Shown: positions 40,571 to 50,029 of the stretch, in pieces
How positions within the stretch are numbered: the first letter of the stretch is position 1
How the letters are laid out: each line of letters starts with the position of its first letter
From: Candidatus Bathyarchaeota archaeon
GTDB lineage: Archaea > Thermoproteota > Bathyarchaeia > TCS64
Assembly (NCBI GenBank): GCA_963771885.1
Contig: CAVYVF010000023.1
Span: 672,001 to 736,000 of the forward strand
Direction: 5' to 3'
DNA length: 64,000 nt
Made by a program: the position numbers and the translations under genes
The notes under the pieces: generated by a model
What the model was told of the DNA's origin: nothing
The model's input: the letters and a program-made list of their open reading frames with translations, nothing else
Database searches by the model: none

Positions 40571-40788
40571 TTTAAATAGAATATGGGGACCCAACACCGT
40601 AGTATCGAGAGAGGTGCAATAAATGCGCCAATTTACCGTAGCTTAAGCCGGAGCAGCGCTCCACACCTAGTTCTAACCACCCGGGTAGCATCCCCGGCGA
40701 TTCAAACCCCAAGCCAAGACGAGTTCAGCTTCTTCGGCTTCCAGGCCAAGGGCCTGTGCTGAAGGAGACCCCGGAGGCACAGGTCTTG
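40571..40788 (+). promoter_or_regulatory. aro operon promoter and structured 5' leader (candidate attenuator)
   Basis: TTTAAATA at 40571-40578; GAGGTG SD plus uORF MRQFTVA* at 40623-40646; Phe cluster at 40724-40741; hairpin 40747-40788 covering the aroF TTG. Confidence 0.5.
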
Positions 40789-41619
40789 TCAAAGCTAGTG
40801 ATATCTCAGAAGATCAGGCTCGCCGTCAAGAACGGGCACGGCGCCGTTAGAATCAGGGTCGGGGACGTAACAATCGGCGGTGACCAACTCACCGTCATGG
40901 CAGGGCCATGCAGCGTCGAGGGCAGGGAGCAGCTGCTCGAAGCGGCCCGCGCCGTAAAGGCGGCTGGTGGTCATATTCTCCGCGGCGGCGCATTCAAGCC
41001 CCGCACCCTCCCCTACAGCTTCCAGGGGCTTGGCGAGGAGGGACTCAAGATGCTCTCCGAGGCCCGCGACGAGACGGGGCTCCCAGTCATCACCGAGGTT
41101 ATGGCCCCTGAAGACGTGGAGCTAGTCGCATCCTACGCCGACATCCTCCAGATCGGGGCGCGCAACATGCAGAACTTCACCCTCCTCAAGACAGTGGGGA
41201 AGTCGGAGAGGCCCGTGATGCTTAAGAGAGGAATGTCTGCAACCGTTGAGGAGTGGCTTGGATGCGCCGAGTACATCCTCAACGAGGGCAACCCCAACGT
41301 CATCCTCTGCGAGCGAGGCATACGCACATACGAGACAATCACGAGGAACACCCTCGACGTCTCAGCGGTGCCCGTGATCAAGCAGCTCAGCGACCTACCC
41401 GTCGTTGTTGACCCATCCCACGGCACGGGGATCAGGAGCCTCGTCGCTCCGATGGCGAAGGCTGGCGTAGCCGCTGGGGCGGACGGCCTCATCATAGAAG
41501 TACACCCCCACCCCGAGAAGGCGCTCAGCGACGGCGACCAAAGCCTCCACCCCGAAGAGTTCGCAGACCTCATGCGCGAGATCGCCCCAATCGCGGGCGC
41601 AGTCGGGAAAAGGATGTAG
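40786..41619 (+). CDS. aroF: DAHP synthase type I-beta (catalytic domain only)
   Basis: [44 protein letters not shown] start after GGAGG. Confidence 0.95.
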   Translation: MSKLVISQKIRLAVKNGHGAVRIRVGDVTIGGDQLTVMAGPCSVEGREQLLEAARAVKAAGGHILRGGAFKPRTLPYSFQGLGEEGLKMLSEARDETGLPVITEVMAPEDVELVASYADILQIGARNMQNFTLLKTVGKSERPVMLKRGMSATVEEWLGCAEYILNEGNPNVILCERGIRTYETITRNTLDVSAVPVIKQLSDLPVVVDPSHGTGIRSLVAPMAKAGVAAGADGLIIEVHPHPEKALSDGDQSLHPEEFADLMREIAPIAGAVGKRM

Positions 41620-41622
41620 CCC

Positions 41623-42706
41623 ATGAGCCTTGAGTCCATGAGGGCCGCCACGGTCCGCCTAGGCGGGAGGGACTACCCTGTCCTAGCTGGTGCAGAGCTT
41701 CTGGACCGGCTAGGAGAAGCGATCGCCGAGTACATCCCCGGCGCCACGGGGTGCGTGCTGGTCACCTCGCCCCAGGTCGACGCCCTCTACGGGGTGCGCG
41801 CCATGACTTCCCTCGAATCCCTACACCCGGGCAAGGTCACGATCCCCGAGGGAGAGGAGGCGAAGACATGGGACGCCACGGGTGAATTACTCGGGTCACT
41901 CATCAGGCAAGGTCTCGACCGAAAAGGCGTGGTTGTCGCTCTCGGTGGCGGCTCCGTAGGCGACTCCGCCGGCTTCGCCGCATCCCTCTATATGAGGGGA
42001 ATACGTGTCGTCCAAGTACCCACGACGCTCCTCGGGCAGGTTGACAGCGGCGTCGGCGGCAAGACCGCCGTCAACCACCCCGCCGGCAAGAACCTCATAG
42101 GCACATTCCACCAGCCCAGCCTCGTCGCCTGCGACACTGGGCTACTCTCAACACTCCCGAGGCGTGAGCTGCTCTCTGGCCTCGCCGAGGTCGTTAAATA
42201 CGGCGTCATCGCGGACGCCAAGCTCTACGTAGGCGTCGAGACAGAGGCGGAGAAGCTGCTCAGCGCCGACCCCCAGGCGCTGCGATGGGTCGTGGCGCGA
42301 TGCGTCGCGGCGAAAGCCCGCCTAGTCGAATCCGACGAGCGGGACGAAAAGGGCGTCAGAGCAGCGCTAAACTACGGGCACACCATGGGACACGCGGTCG
42401 AGACACTCTCGGGGTACTCGATCCGCCACGGCGAGGCGGTGGCGATCGGCATGGTCGCCGCTTCGCGGGTCGCCATCGCACTCGGGCTGCTCAAGAAGCC
42501 CGACCTCGAACGACAGCTCATACTCCTCGAGAGGCTCGAGCTGCCACACGGAGTCGCCCTACGGCGTCGACGAGGTAATTCCCCTCATGAGGCGGGATAA
42601 GAAGGCGGAGCGTGGCTCGATACGCCTCGTCCTCCCGACGGGGATCGGCGGAGAGCCTGCTATCAGCACCGTCTCTGAGGTGGAGATACGGGGGGCGCTC
42701 GCCTAG
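41623..42706 (+). CDS. aroB: 3-dehydroquinate synthase; frameshifted at ~42547
   Basis: GGG.VGD, PTTLL.QVDS.VGGKT, LNYGHT.GH; removing one base restores ...LMRRDKK...GALA* ending at 42706, abutting aroD. Confidence 0.93.
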
Positions 42707-43369
42707 ATGGTCAGGATATGTGGCTCTGTCGCCGCAAGAACCACGGGTGCAGCCGTCGAGACGATTCGGGGGCTCGCGAAACCCGACATGGTCGAGCTAC
42801 GCCTCGACTATGCCGAGGAGCGGTTAGACCTCGACAGACTTAGGGAATCAACAAGTACTATACTCGTCGCCACGGCGAGGCTGCCCTCTCAGGGCGGGCG
42901 TTGGGCGGGGGGCGAGGGCGAGCGACAGAGGCTGCTTCTCTCCGCTGCTAAGGCGGGCTTCGACTACGTCGACGTCGAGGACGACTCAAAACAGATCGAG
43001 ACGCTCGTCGAGAAGCTACACGCCTCACGCGCCAGGGTCGTGGTCTCGCGCCACCTCCTCGATAGGACGCCGTACCTCGAAGAGATACTCGAAATGCACG
43101 GCGTGGCGGAGGAGGCGGGTGCCGACGTCGTCAAGATCGTCGGGACGGCATCGTGCCCCGCGGACAACCTGCCGTGCCTCAGCTACCTAGCTCAGAAGCC
43201 CGGCAACGTCAGCTTCGCGATGGGTTCTCACGGCGTTCCCTCTCGCGTACTTTCGCCGCTCATGGGTGGCGCGTGGACATACGCCTCCGCGAGTGAGGTC
43301 GTCGCACCGGGGCAGATGACACTCGAATCGCTGAGGGAGGCGTACCGCCTCATGGGGGCTGAGCCTTGA
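42707..43369 (+). CDS. aroD: Type I 3-dehydroquinate dehydratase
   Basis: ELRLD, T.R...QGG, VSRH, DVVK, F.MG, SR, APGQ. Confidence 0.92.
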   Translation: MVRICGSVAARTTGAAVETIRGLAKPDMVELRLDYAEERLDLDRLRESTSTILVATARLPSQGGRWAGGEGERQRLLLSAAKAGFDYVDVEDDSKQIETLVEKLHASRARVVVSRHLLDRTPYLEEILEMHGVAEEAGADVVKIVGTASCPADNLPCLSYLAQKPGNVSFAMGSHGVPSRVLSPLMGGAWTYASASEVVAPGQMTLESLREAYRLMGAEP

Positions 43370-44202
43370 AACGCCTCTTCCTCCTTGGCTACCCCGTGGC
43401 CCACTCACTGAGCCCCGCGATGCAGAACGCCGCATTGAAGGCGCTGGGGCTTAACTACGAGTATGGTCTCATGCCCGTGCACCCTGGGGGACTCGCTACA
43501 CGCGTAGGAGAACTCCGTAGCACGTCTGCAGGCTTCAACGTTACCATCCCACACAAGGTCGCGGTCATCCCTCTCCTTGACTGCCTCGACGAGTCTGCGT
43601 CGGCCGTCGGCGCCGTCAACACGGTCGTAAACCACTACGGCCGCCTCACGGGGTACAATACGGATTGCACAGCCTCAACAAGAGCACTCCGCGAGCGTAA
43701 CGGTGACCTTGGCGGCTCCCGCGTCGTCGTCCTCGGCGCCGGCGGAGCGGCCCGAGCTGTCTCAATGGGGCTTGCGCGGCACGTGGAATGGATTAGGATA
43801 CTCGCTAGGGACGAGGCGAAGGCCCGTGCACTTGCTGACGAGGTTCGCGCCCGGACGGGGGCAAATGTCGAGGGCGGAGGCATCGAAGACGCGGCGGAGG
43901 TCACGCGTGCCGCGGATATCCTAGTCAACGCGACGCCCGTCGGCATGTCACCGAACATAGGCGCCAGCCCAGTGGCTCCCGAGGCGCTCCATGGGGGGCT
44001 CCTCGTCTTCGATCTCGTCTACAATCCCGAGAAGACCCAACTTCTCGCCGACGCCGAGAGGGCGGGGGCGCACATTATCGGGGGGTTGCCTATGCTCGTC
44101 TACCAGGGGGCGGAGGCGTTACGCCTCTGGACCGGGATGGAGGCGCCCGAGGCGCTCATGATGGAGGCGGCGAGGCGCGCCATCGGAGGTGCGGCGACTT
44201 GA
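43366..44202 (+). CDS. aroE: Shikimate dehydrogenase
   Basis: G.PV.HSLSP, NVTIPHK, GAVNT, NTD, GAGGAARA, DLVYNP. Confidence 0.95.
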   Translation: MKRLFLLGYPVAHSLSPAMQNAALKALGLNYEYGLMPVHPGGLATRVGELRSTSAGFNVTIPHKVAVIPLLDCLDESASAVGAVNTVVNHYGRLTGYNTDCTASTRALRERNGDLGGSRVVVLGAGGAARAVSMGLARHVEWIRILARDEAKARALADEVRARTGANVEGGGIEDAAEVTRAADILVNATPVGMSPNIGASPVAPEALHGGLLVFDLVYNPEKTQLLADAERAGAHIIGGLPMLVYQGAEALRLWTGMEAPEALMMEAARRAIGGAAT

Positions 44203-44708
44203 ACGTCGTAGTATTCGGATTCATGGGCGTCGGCAAGACCACAGTCGGCAGACTGCTCTCCCCGCGCCTCGGTTACAGGTTCGTAGACTCCGACGCCGAG
44301 GCAGAGAGAGAGGCGGGGATGAGGATCGCCGAGGTCTTCGCCGAGAGGGGGGAACCCGCCTTCCGCGAGATAGAGCGACGAGTCATAACACGGCTTAGCC
44401 AAGACGACAAACAGGTGGTAGCCATCGGAGGCGGCGCCGTCCTCGACCCACGCAACGTCGAAGAACTCCGTAAAAACGGAAAGATGGTGCTCCTCACGGC
44501 TAGCCCCGAGGAGATCGGGCTGAGGACACGCGGGGACATCTCGAGACCCCTCCTCGCAGGCGCCGACAAGCTGACATGCATCCGGACACTCCTCGACGAG
44601 AGGCGGGACCGTTACCTCGCCGCGGCGGACATGGTAGTGGACACGAATGGCGTGCCGCCGATACGCGTCGCCGAGGCGATACAAGCCAGGCTGGAGGCAC
44701 ATCTATGA
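44199..44708 (+). CDS. aroK: Shikimate kinase, bacterial P-loop type
   Basis: GFMGVGKTT, D.D, GE..FR..E, GGG, RPLL. Confidence 0.94.
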   Translation: MNVVVFGFMGVGKTTVGRLLSPRLGYRFVDSDAEAEREAGMRIAEVFAERGEPAFREIERRVITRLSQDDKQVVAIGGGAVLDPRNVEELRKNGKMVLLTASPEEIGLRTRGDISRPLLAGADKLTCIRTLLDERRDRYLAAADMVVDTNGVPPIRVAEAIQARLEAHL

Positions 44709-45964
44709 GTGTCAAGATACACCCCTCAACGGTGTCCGGCTCAGTCGCCGCCCCGCCCTCGAAGAGCATGACCCACCGCGCCTTCGTGCTCGCAGCGCTG
44801 GCTGATGGGAGGAGCATTATACGCAACCCGCTCACCGCCGACGACACCGAGGCCACCTCACGCGTGCTCGCGGGGCTCGGCGTGGAGACACACAGGGGCA
44901 GCGAGTGGGTTGTGGATGGTGGCCACCTCCACGCCCCCTCTGAAACACTTGACTGCGGCGAGTCCGGGACGACACTCCGCTTCATGGCGGCTGCCTGCGC
45001 CCTCGTCGACGGCAACTGTCAACTCGCCGGCGGCCCCTCACTCTCCTCGCGCCCCGTTGGTCCGTTGCTTGGCGCCCTCGAACAGATAGGCGTGCGCGGT
45101 GAAAGCCAAGGCGGATTGCCCCCAGTGACGATTAGGGGGACGGGGCACATCAGGGGAGGCGAAGCCCGGCTACCCGGAGACGTAAGCAGCCAGTTCGTCT
45201 CAGCGCTCCTAACCGTTGCCCCCCTCGCTGACGCCTCCGTGAAGATTACACTGACGACCCCGCTCGAGTCGCGCCCCTACGTGTCGATGACAGTGGACGC
45301 GATGCGCGCCTTCGGCGTCGAGGTTGAGCACACGCTGGACATGACGCGCCTGATGGCGCCTATAAGACCTTACAAGGCAACGACGGTCGTCGTCGAGGGG
45401 GACTGGTCGTCGGCATCCTACCCACTCGCAGCGGGAGCGATGGTTGGCGAAGCGAGGGTGACAGGGCTGAACCACGCGAGCTCGCAGGCCGACAAGGTGA
45501 TAATCACGATACTCGCGCAGATGGGCGTCGAAGTGAGAGCGCGCAGTGACTCAGTAACCGTAAGGTCGTCGAAGTTGAAGTGCATCGAGTCTGACCTCAG
45601 CGACTGCCCCGACCTATTCCCCGTCGTCTCCGCGCTCTGCGCCGCCTCCGAGGGTAAGAGCCGCCTCACAGGGCTCGGGCGGCTCCGGTTCAAGGAGTCG
45701 GACAGGGTCGCTGCGATGGCGGAGGGTCTCACGCGGATGGGTGCCAAGGTGAGCTACGATGCAGACTCAGCGACGATAATGGGCGGGAGGCTGCGTGGTG
45801 CAGAGGTCGACCCGTGGGGCGACCACAGGATAGCCATGTCCCTCGCCGTCCTTGCGCTGAGGGCGGAGGGAGAAACAATCATCAAAAACGCGGGGTGCGT
45901 CTCAAAGTCCTACCCGGGATTTTGGAGCGACCTCGCGGCACTGGGAGGAAGAGTAGAGCATTGA
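44705..45964 (+). CDS. aroA: EPSP synthase
   Basis: PPSKS.THR, GESGTTLRF, SSQF.S, KESDR, DHRIAM, KSYP. Confidence 0.96.
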   Translation: MSVKIHPSTVSGSVAAPPSKSMTHRAFVLAALADGRSIIRNPLTADDTEATSRVLAGLGVETHRGSEWVVDGGHLHAPSETLDCGESGTTLRFMAAACALVDGNCQLAGGPSLSSRPVGPLLGALEQIGVRGESQGGLPPVTIRGTGHIRGGEARLPGDVSSQFVSALLTVAPLADASVKITLTTPLESRPYVSMTVDAMRAFGVEVEHTLDMTRLMAPIRPYKATTVVVEGDWSSASYPLAAGAMVGEARVTGLNHASSQADKVIITILAQMGVEVRARSDSVTVRSSKLKCIESDLSDCPDLFPVVSALCAASEGKSRLTGLGRLRFKESDRVAAMAEGLTRMGAKVSYDADSATIMGGRLRGAEVDPWGDHRIAMSLAVLALRAEGETIIKNAGCVSKSYPGFWSDLAALGGRVEH

Positions 45965-47052
45965 GCAACAGCATTGGAACCGTTTTCAGGGTTACAAGCG
46001 TCGGTGAGAGCCACGGTAAGTGCGTAGGCACCGTCATAGACGGGTGCCCCGCAGGGCTCAAGCTGGATTACGACGCGCTCGACCGCGAGATGGCAAGGAG
46101 ACGCCCAGGCGCCAGCGCGGTCACCACAAGCAGGAACGAGGAGGACGCCGTCGAAGTGCTCTCCGGCGTACACGAGGGGCATACCACCGGGGCGCCAATT
46201 CTCATGCTCACATGGAACCGCGACATCGACTCATCCAAGTACGACGCCATCAGGGATACGCCACGGCCAGGTCACGCCGACTACGCGACACGCGCCCGTT
46301 ACGGCGGATTCGCCGACCACCGCGGGGGCGGTAGGGCATCCGGTAGGATAACCGCAGGATTCGTCATGGCGGGCGCTGTCGCTAAGCAGCTCATCGCCAC
46401 GATAGGTGTTGAGGTGCACTCATACACGCGCGCCATAGGAGGCGTTGAAGCAACCGGCCCACTTGACTGGAGGGGCGCCGCGGGGAGCATAGTCCGCTGC
46501 CCAGACACCGCCTCTTCCACCAGGATGGTCGAGGTCATCGAGGAAGCGAGTCGCGGCGGCGACAGCGTCGGTGGTGAGGTGGAGTGCGTCGCAACTGGGC
46601 TCCCCGCGGGCGTCGGGCAGCCCGTCTTCGACACCATCGAGGGCGACATCGCCAAGGCCCTCTTCGCTGTCCCAGCCGTCAAGGCAGTCGAGTTCGGCGC
46701 AGGGTCACGTCTAGCTGCCATGAGAGGGAGCGAGGCGAACGACCCTTATGTGGTCGAGGGCGGGCGAGTCAACACCGCATCGAATAACTCGGGCGGCGTG
46801 CTCGGGGGGGTCACTAGCGGCGCACCCGTCGTCGTGCGCGCCTACTTCAAACCGACTCCAAGCATACCGCGTCCCCAGAGAACCGTCGACCTCGCATTGG
46901 TAAGGGAGGCCGAGATACGCATAGCGGGACGCCACGACCCATGCGTTGTCCCACGCGCCGTCCCCGTCGTCGAGGCGATGGTAGCCATCGTGCTCGCCGA
47001 CCAAGCCCTGAGGAGGGGCATCATACCACAGGTTCTAGGTGAGGGAGTATGA
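45961..47052 (+). CDS. aroC: Chorismate synthase
   Basis: GESHG, RPGHAD, GGGRASGR.T, KPTPSI, GRHDPC. Confidence 0.96.
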   Translation: MSNSIGTVFRVTSVGESHGKCVGTVIDGCPAGLKLDYDALDREMARRRPGASAVTTSRNEEDAVEVLSGVHEGHTTGAPILMLTWNRDIDSSKYDAIRDTPRPGHADYATRARYGGFADHRGGGRASGRITAGFVMAGAVAKQLIATIGVEVHSYTRAIGGVEATGPLDWRGAAGSIVRCPDTASSTRMVEVIEEASRGGDSVGGEVECVATGLPAGVGQPVFDTIEGDIAKALFAVPAVKAVEFGAGSRLAAMRGSEANDPYVVEGGRVNTASNNSGGVLGGVTSGAPVVVRAYFKPTPSIPRPQRTVDLALVREAEIRIAGRHDPCVVPRAVPVVEAMVAIVLADQALRRGIIPQVLGEGV

Positions 47053-47321
47053 CGTACGAGGAAAAGATCGCACCCCACAGGAAAGAGATAGACCGGCTCA
47101 ACGCCGAGATAATCGACAGGCTCGCCAAGCGCGTCGAGGTCGCGAGGGCCATCGCAGAGGTGAAGAGGCGCCACGGGAGACCTGTTGTCGACGCAGCTCG
47201 CGAGCGCATAGTACTGGATCAGGCTAGGGCGAGAGCCGCTGAGAGGGGACTCGACCCCGATGGCGCCGAGCGCGTCTTCCGCGCCATTATCGACGTGTGC
47301 GTCGAGGCGGAGGAACATTGA
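47049..47321 (+). CDS. aroQ: Chorismate mutase (AroQ, monofunctional)
   Basis: R.EID.L...I...L..R, K, V.D..RE. Confidence 0.9.
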   Translation: MTYEEKIAPHRKEIDRLNAEIIDRLAKRVEVARAIAEVKRRHGRPVVDAARERIVLDQARARAAERGLDPDGAERVFRAIIDVCVEAEEH

Positions 47322-48130
47322 TGAGGATCGCCTATCAAGGCGTCCCCGGCGCCTACAGCGAGGCGGCTATAATCCAGCACTGGGGCTTATCCGCCGAGCC
47401 CGTTCCCAGGCCCTACTTGGAGGATATATTCTCTATCGTCGAGTCCGGGGAGGTCGACGCCGGGTTAGTCCCGGTCGAGAACACCCTTGAGGGCAGCATA
47501 ACCAGGACATACGACCTTCTTAACGAGCGTAGCCTCACGGTGCTCGGTGAAACCGTGTTCCGAGTAGTCCACTGCCTCATAGCGAACCCGGGGGTCAAAC
47601 CCGGAGACGTGAGGCGGGTCTACTCCCACCCCCAAGCCCTCGGGCAGGTGCGTGGCTACCTCGCCGCACACGGCTACGAGGCGGTCAACTACTATGACAC
47701 CGCCGGCGCCGTGAAGATGATCCGTGACGAGGGGCTGAGTGACGCCGCTGCAATAGCAAGCAGAAGTGCCGCCAAGATATACGGTGCGAACATCCTCGCC
47801 GAGGGCGTCGAGGATAAGAACGAGAACTATACCCGCTTCCTCCACGTGGGACGCGGCTCCACCGAGCCGACGGGGCGAGACAAGACGAGCCTCGCATTCA
47901 CCGTAGACCATAGACCAGGCACACTCATAGCCGCGCTGCGCGCCTTCGCCGACAGGGACCTCAACCTCACCAAGATAGAGTCGCGCCCCTACCCCGGGAG
48001 GCCATGGGAATACTTCTTCTTCATAGACTTCGAGGGGCACATCGGTGACTCAGTCAGCGAGGAGGCGCTCAGCGAACTGGCGGATTACGCGGGCAGTCTC
48101 AAGGTCCTCGGCTCCTACCCTCGCGCATAG
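47321..48130 (+). CDS. pheA: Prephenate dehydratase with ACT domain
   Basis: QG.PGAYSE, PVENTLEG, SHPQAL.Q, NYTRF, NLTKIESRP, LGSYP. Confidence 0.95.
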   Translation: MRIAYQGVPGAYSEAAIIQHWGLSAEPVPRPYLEDIFSIVESGEVDAGLVPVENTLEGSITRTYDLLNERSLTVLGETVFRVVHCLIANPGVKPGDVRRVYSHPQALGQVRGYLAAHGYEAVNYYDTAGAVKMIRDEGLSDAAAIASRSAAKIYGANILAEGVEDKNENYTRFLHVGRGSTEPTGRDKTSLAFTVDHRPGTLIAALRAFADRDLNLTKIESRPYPGRPWEYFFFIDFEGHIGDSVSEEALSELADYAGSLKVLGSYPRA

Positions 48131-48190
48131 GCAGCAGGGCCTGCCCTCAAGGCAGAAATATGCTCCATCAGGGATACAATCGGACACGTC

Positions 48191-49006
48191 TTGAAGGCTG
48201 CGGTCGTAGGCGCGAAGGGGGGCATGGGCGGCTGGCTAGTACACCACCTCGCAACCCTAGGCCACGAAGTCGCCGCGGTCGACACACGCACCGATCCACT
48301 CGAACAGCTCCACGGGTTCGACCTTGTCGTCGTGTCTGTGCCGATCAGCGCGACGCCCGGCGTCATCCGTGTTGTTGCCACGAAGATGAGGCGCGGCACG
48401 ATCCTTGCCGAGGTGGCCAGCCTCAAGGAAGAAAGCCACAAGGCACTCTCCATCGTGTCATGCTTAGGGCTCACGCCCCTCTGTATTCACCCCATATTCG
48501 GGCCATCGACGGATTCTCTCAGTGGTAGGGTGGTCGCGGTTGTCCCCGTTGTTGACGCCGAAGAGGAGGCAGGATTGGCCCGGTCGCTTTTCCCCGGCGC
48601 CGATGTCGTCACGCTCCCCGCGGCTCGCCACGACCGTTGCATGGCCGCCGTTCTCTCCCTCCCCTACGCTGTCAACCTCGCCCTCTCCCGCGTCCTCGGA
48701 GGCGAGGACCTAAAACTCGCATCACAGATGGCGGGCTCCACATTCGCAGTGCAGTACACGCTCGCCCAGAGCGTCGCGGGGGAGAGCCCCACACTTACAC
48801 GCGACCTACTTAGCTGTAACGCCTCGCTTGTGCCGCTTCTGAGGGCGTTCGAGGATGCCCTGGGGGATGTTGTCTGGGCGTCGGGTGACGATGCTCGGTT
48901 CTCCTCACTCCACACCGAGATCATAGATGTGCTATCCCGAGACCATTCCTTCGCGGGGGCGAATGGGCGCAGGCAGCGTGCCCATATGGCGGTCGCTGGT
49001 GCCTAG
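48191..49006 (+). CDS. tyrA: Prephenate dehydrogenase
   Basis: VG..GGMG, SVPI, EVASLK, IHPIFGP, HD..MA.V. Confidence 0.88.
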   Translation: MKAAVVGAKGGMGGWLVHHLATLGHEVAAVDTRTDPLEQLHGFDLVVVSVPISATPGVIRVVATKMRRGTILAEVASLKEESHKALSIVSCLGLTPLCIHPIFGPSTDSLSGRVVAVVPVVDAEEEAGLARSLFPGADVVTLPAARHDRCMAAVLSLPYAVNLALSRVLGGEDLKLASQMAGSTFAVQYTLAQSVAGESPTLTRDLLSCNASLVPLLRAFEDALGDVVWASGDDARFSSLHTEIIDVLSRDHSFAGANGRRQRAHMAVAGA

Positions 49007-49037
49007 ATTCTTAAACAGACGCAGCCCATCATCAGCC

Positions 49038-49988
49038 ATGATCACGATAGGCGACGTCTACGCGGCGCGCCGTAGGATGGGGCGCTGGGTCAGGCACACT
49101 CCCTTCGAGAGATCCCCTCTCCTCGGTGGCATAATTGGGGGTGAGGTCTGGCTCAAGCTCGAGAACAGGCAGCTCACCGGCTCATTCAAGATAAGGGGCG
49201 CATCGAATAGGATCGCCCTCCTCTCCGAGGACGAGCGGAGTCGGGGCGTCGTCGCCGCATCCTCGGGGAACCACGCGCAGGGCGTCGCCTACGCGGCGAG
49301 AGAACTCGGCGTGAAGGCCGCCATAGTCGTGCCTGGCAACACTCCTAACGTCAAGAGGGACGCGATAAAGGCGCTGGGTGCCGACCTTACAGTCCACGGC
49401 GACGAGTACATGGAGGCGGAGCGCCTCGCCCAGAAGATGGGCGTCGAGCGGGGCATGCCCTTCCTCAGTCCCTACAATGACGCCGACCTCATAGCGGGGC
49501 AAGGCACCGTCGGGCTGGAGATGGTCGAAGACGGCCCCGAGCTGGACGCCGTGCTCGTGCCCGTCAGCGGGGGTGGCCTCATCTCCGGCGTCGCCACGGT
49601 CATCAAAGGCGCCTCGAAGGCAGAGGTAATAGGCATCCAGACCGAGGCGAGCCCCGTCATGCACGCCAGCATAAAAGCGGGCAAGATCGTCGACATCCCC
49701 ATGTACGACACAGTCGCTGAGGGGCTCCACGGCGGTATCGAGCAGGGCAGTGTCACCTTCCCCATCTGCCAGAGACTTGTAGACGACTGGATAGATGTCA
49801 AGGAGGCGACCATCGTCGAGGCGCTCCAACTCATGCTGGTGCGACACCACGAGGTCATCGAGGGAAGCGGGGCCGTCGGCATCGCCGCGCTGATGGAGAA
49901 CCCCAAGCGTTTCAAGAACAAAAGCATCGGCGTCGTCATAAGCGGCGGAAACATCGACGAGGAACTCCTCCGCCGGTTGGTTCAATAG
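49038..49988 (+). CDS. Threonine/serine dehydratase (PLP-dependent, no regulatory domain)
   Basis: KLEN.Q.TGSFKIRG, SSGNHAQG, SGGGL, SGGN. Confidence 0.9.
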   Translation: MITIGDVYAARRRMGRWVRHTPFERSPLLGGIIGGEVWLKLENRQLTGSFKIRGASNRIALLSEDERSRGVVAASSGNHAQGVAYAARELGVKAAIVVPGNTPNVKRDAIKALGADLTVHGDEYMEAERLAQKMGVERGMPFLSPYNDADLIAGQGTVGLEMVEDGPELDAVLVPVSGGGLISGVATVIKGASKAEVIGIQTEASPVMHASIKAGKIVDIPMYDTVAEGLHGGIEQGSVTFPICQRLVDDWIDVKEATIVEALQLMLVRHHEVIEGSGAVGIAALMENPKRFKNKSIGVVISGGNIDEELLRRLVQ

Positions 49989-50029
49989 ATTTATACACGA
50001 CGCGCCTCCGCCCCCTATTGGGACCAGCA

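Noticed and set aside
40600..40790. T-box riboswitch in the aro leader
   Set aside because: No GGTGGNACC T-box sequence or U-tailed terminator is visible
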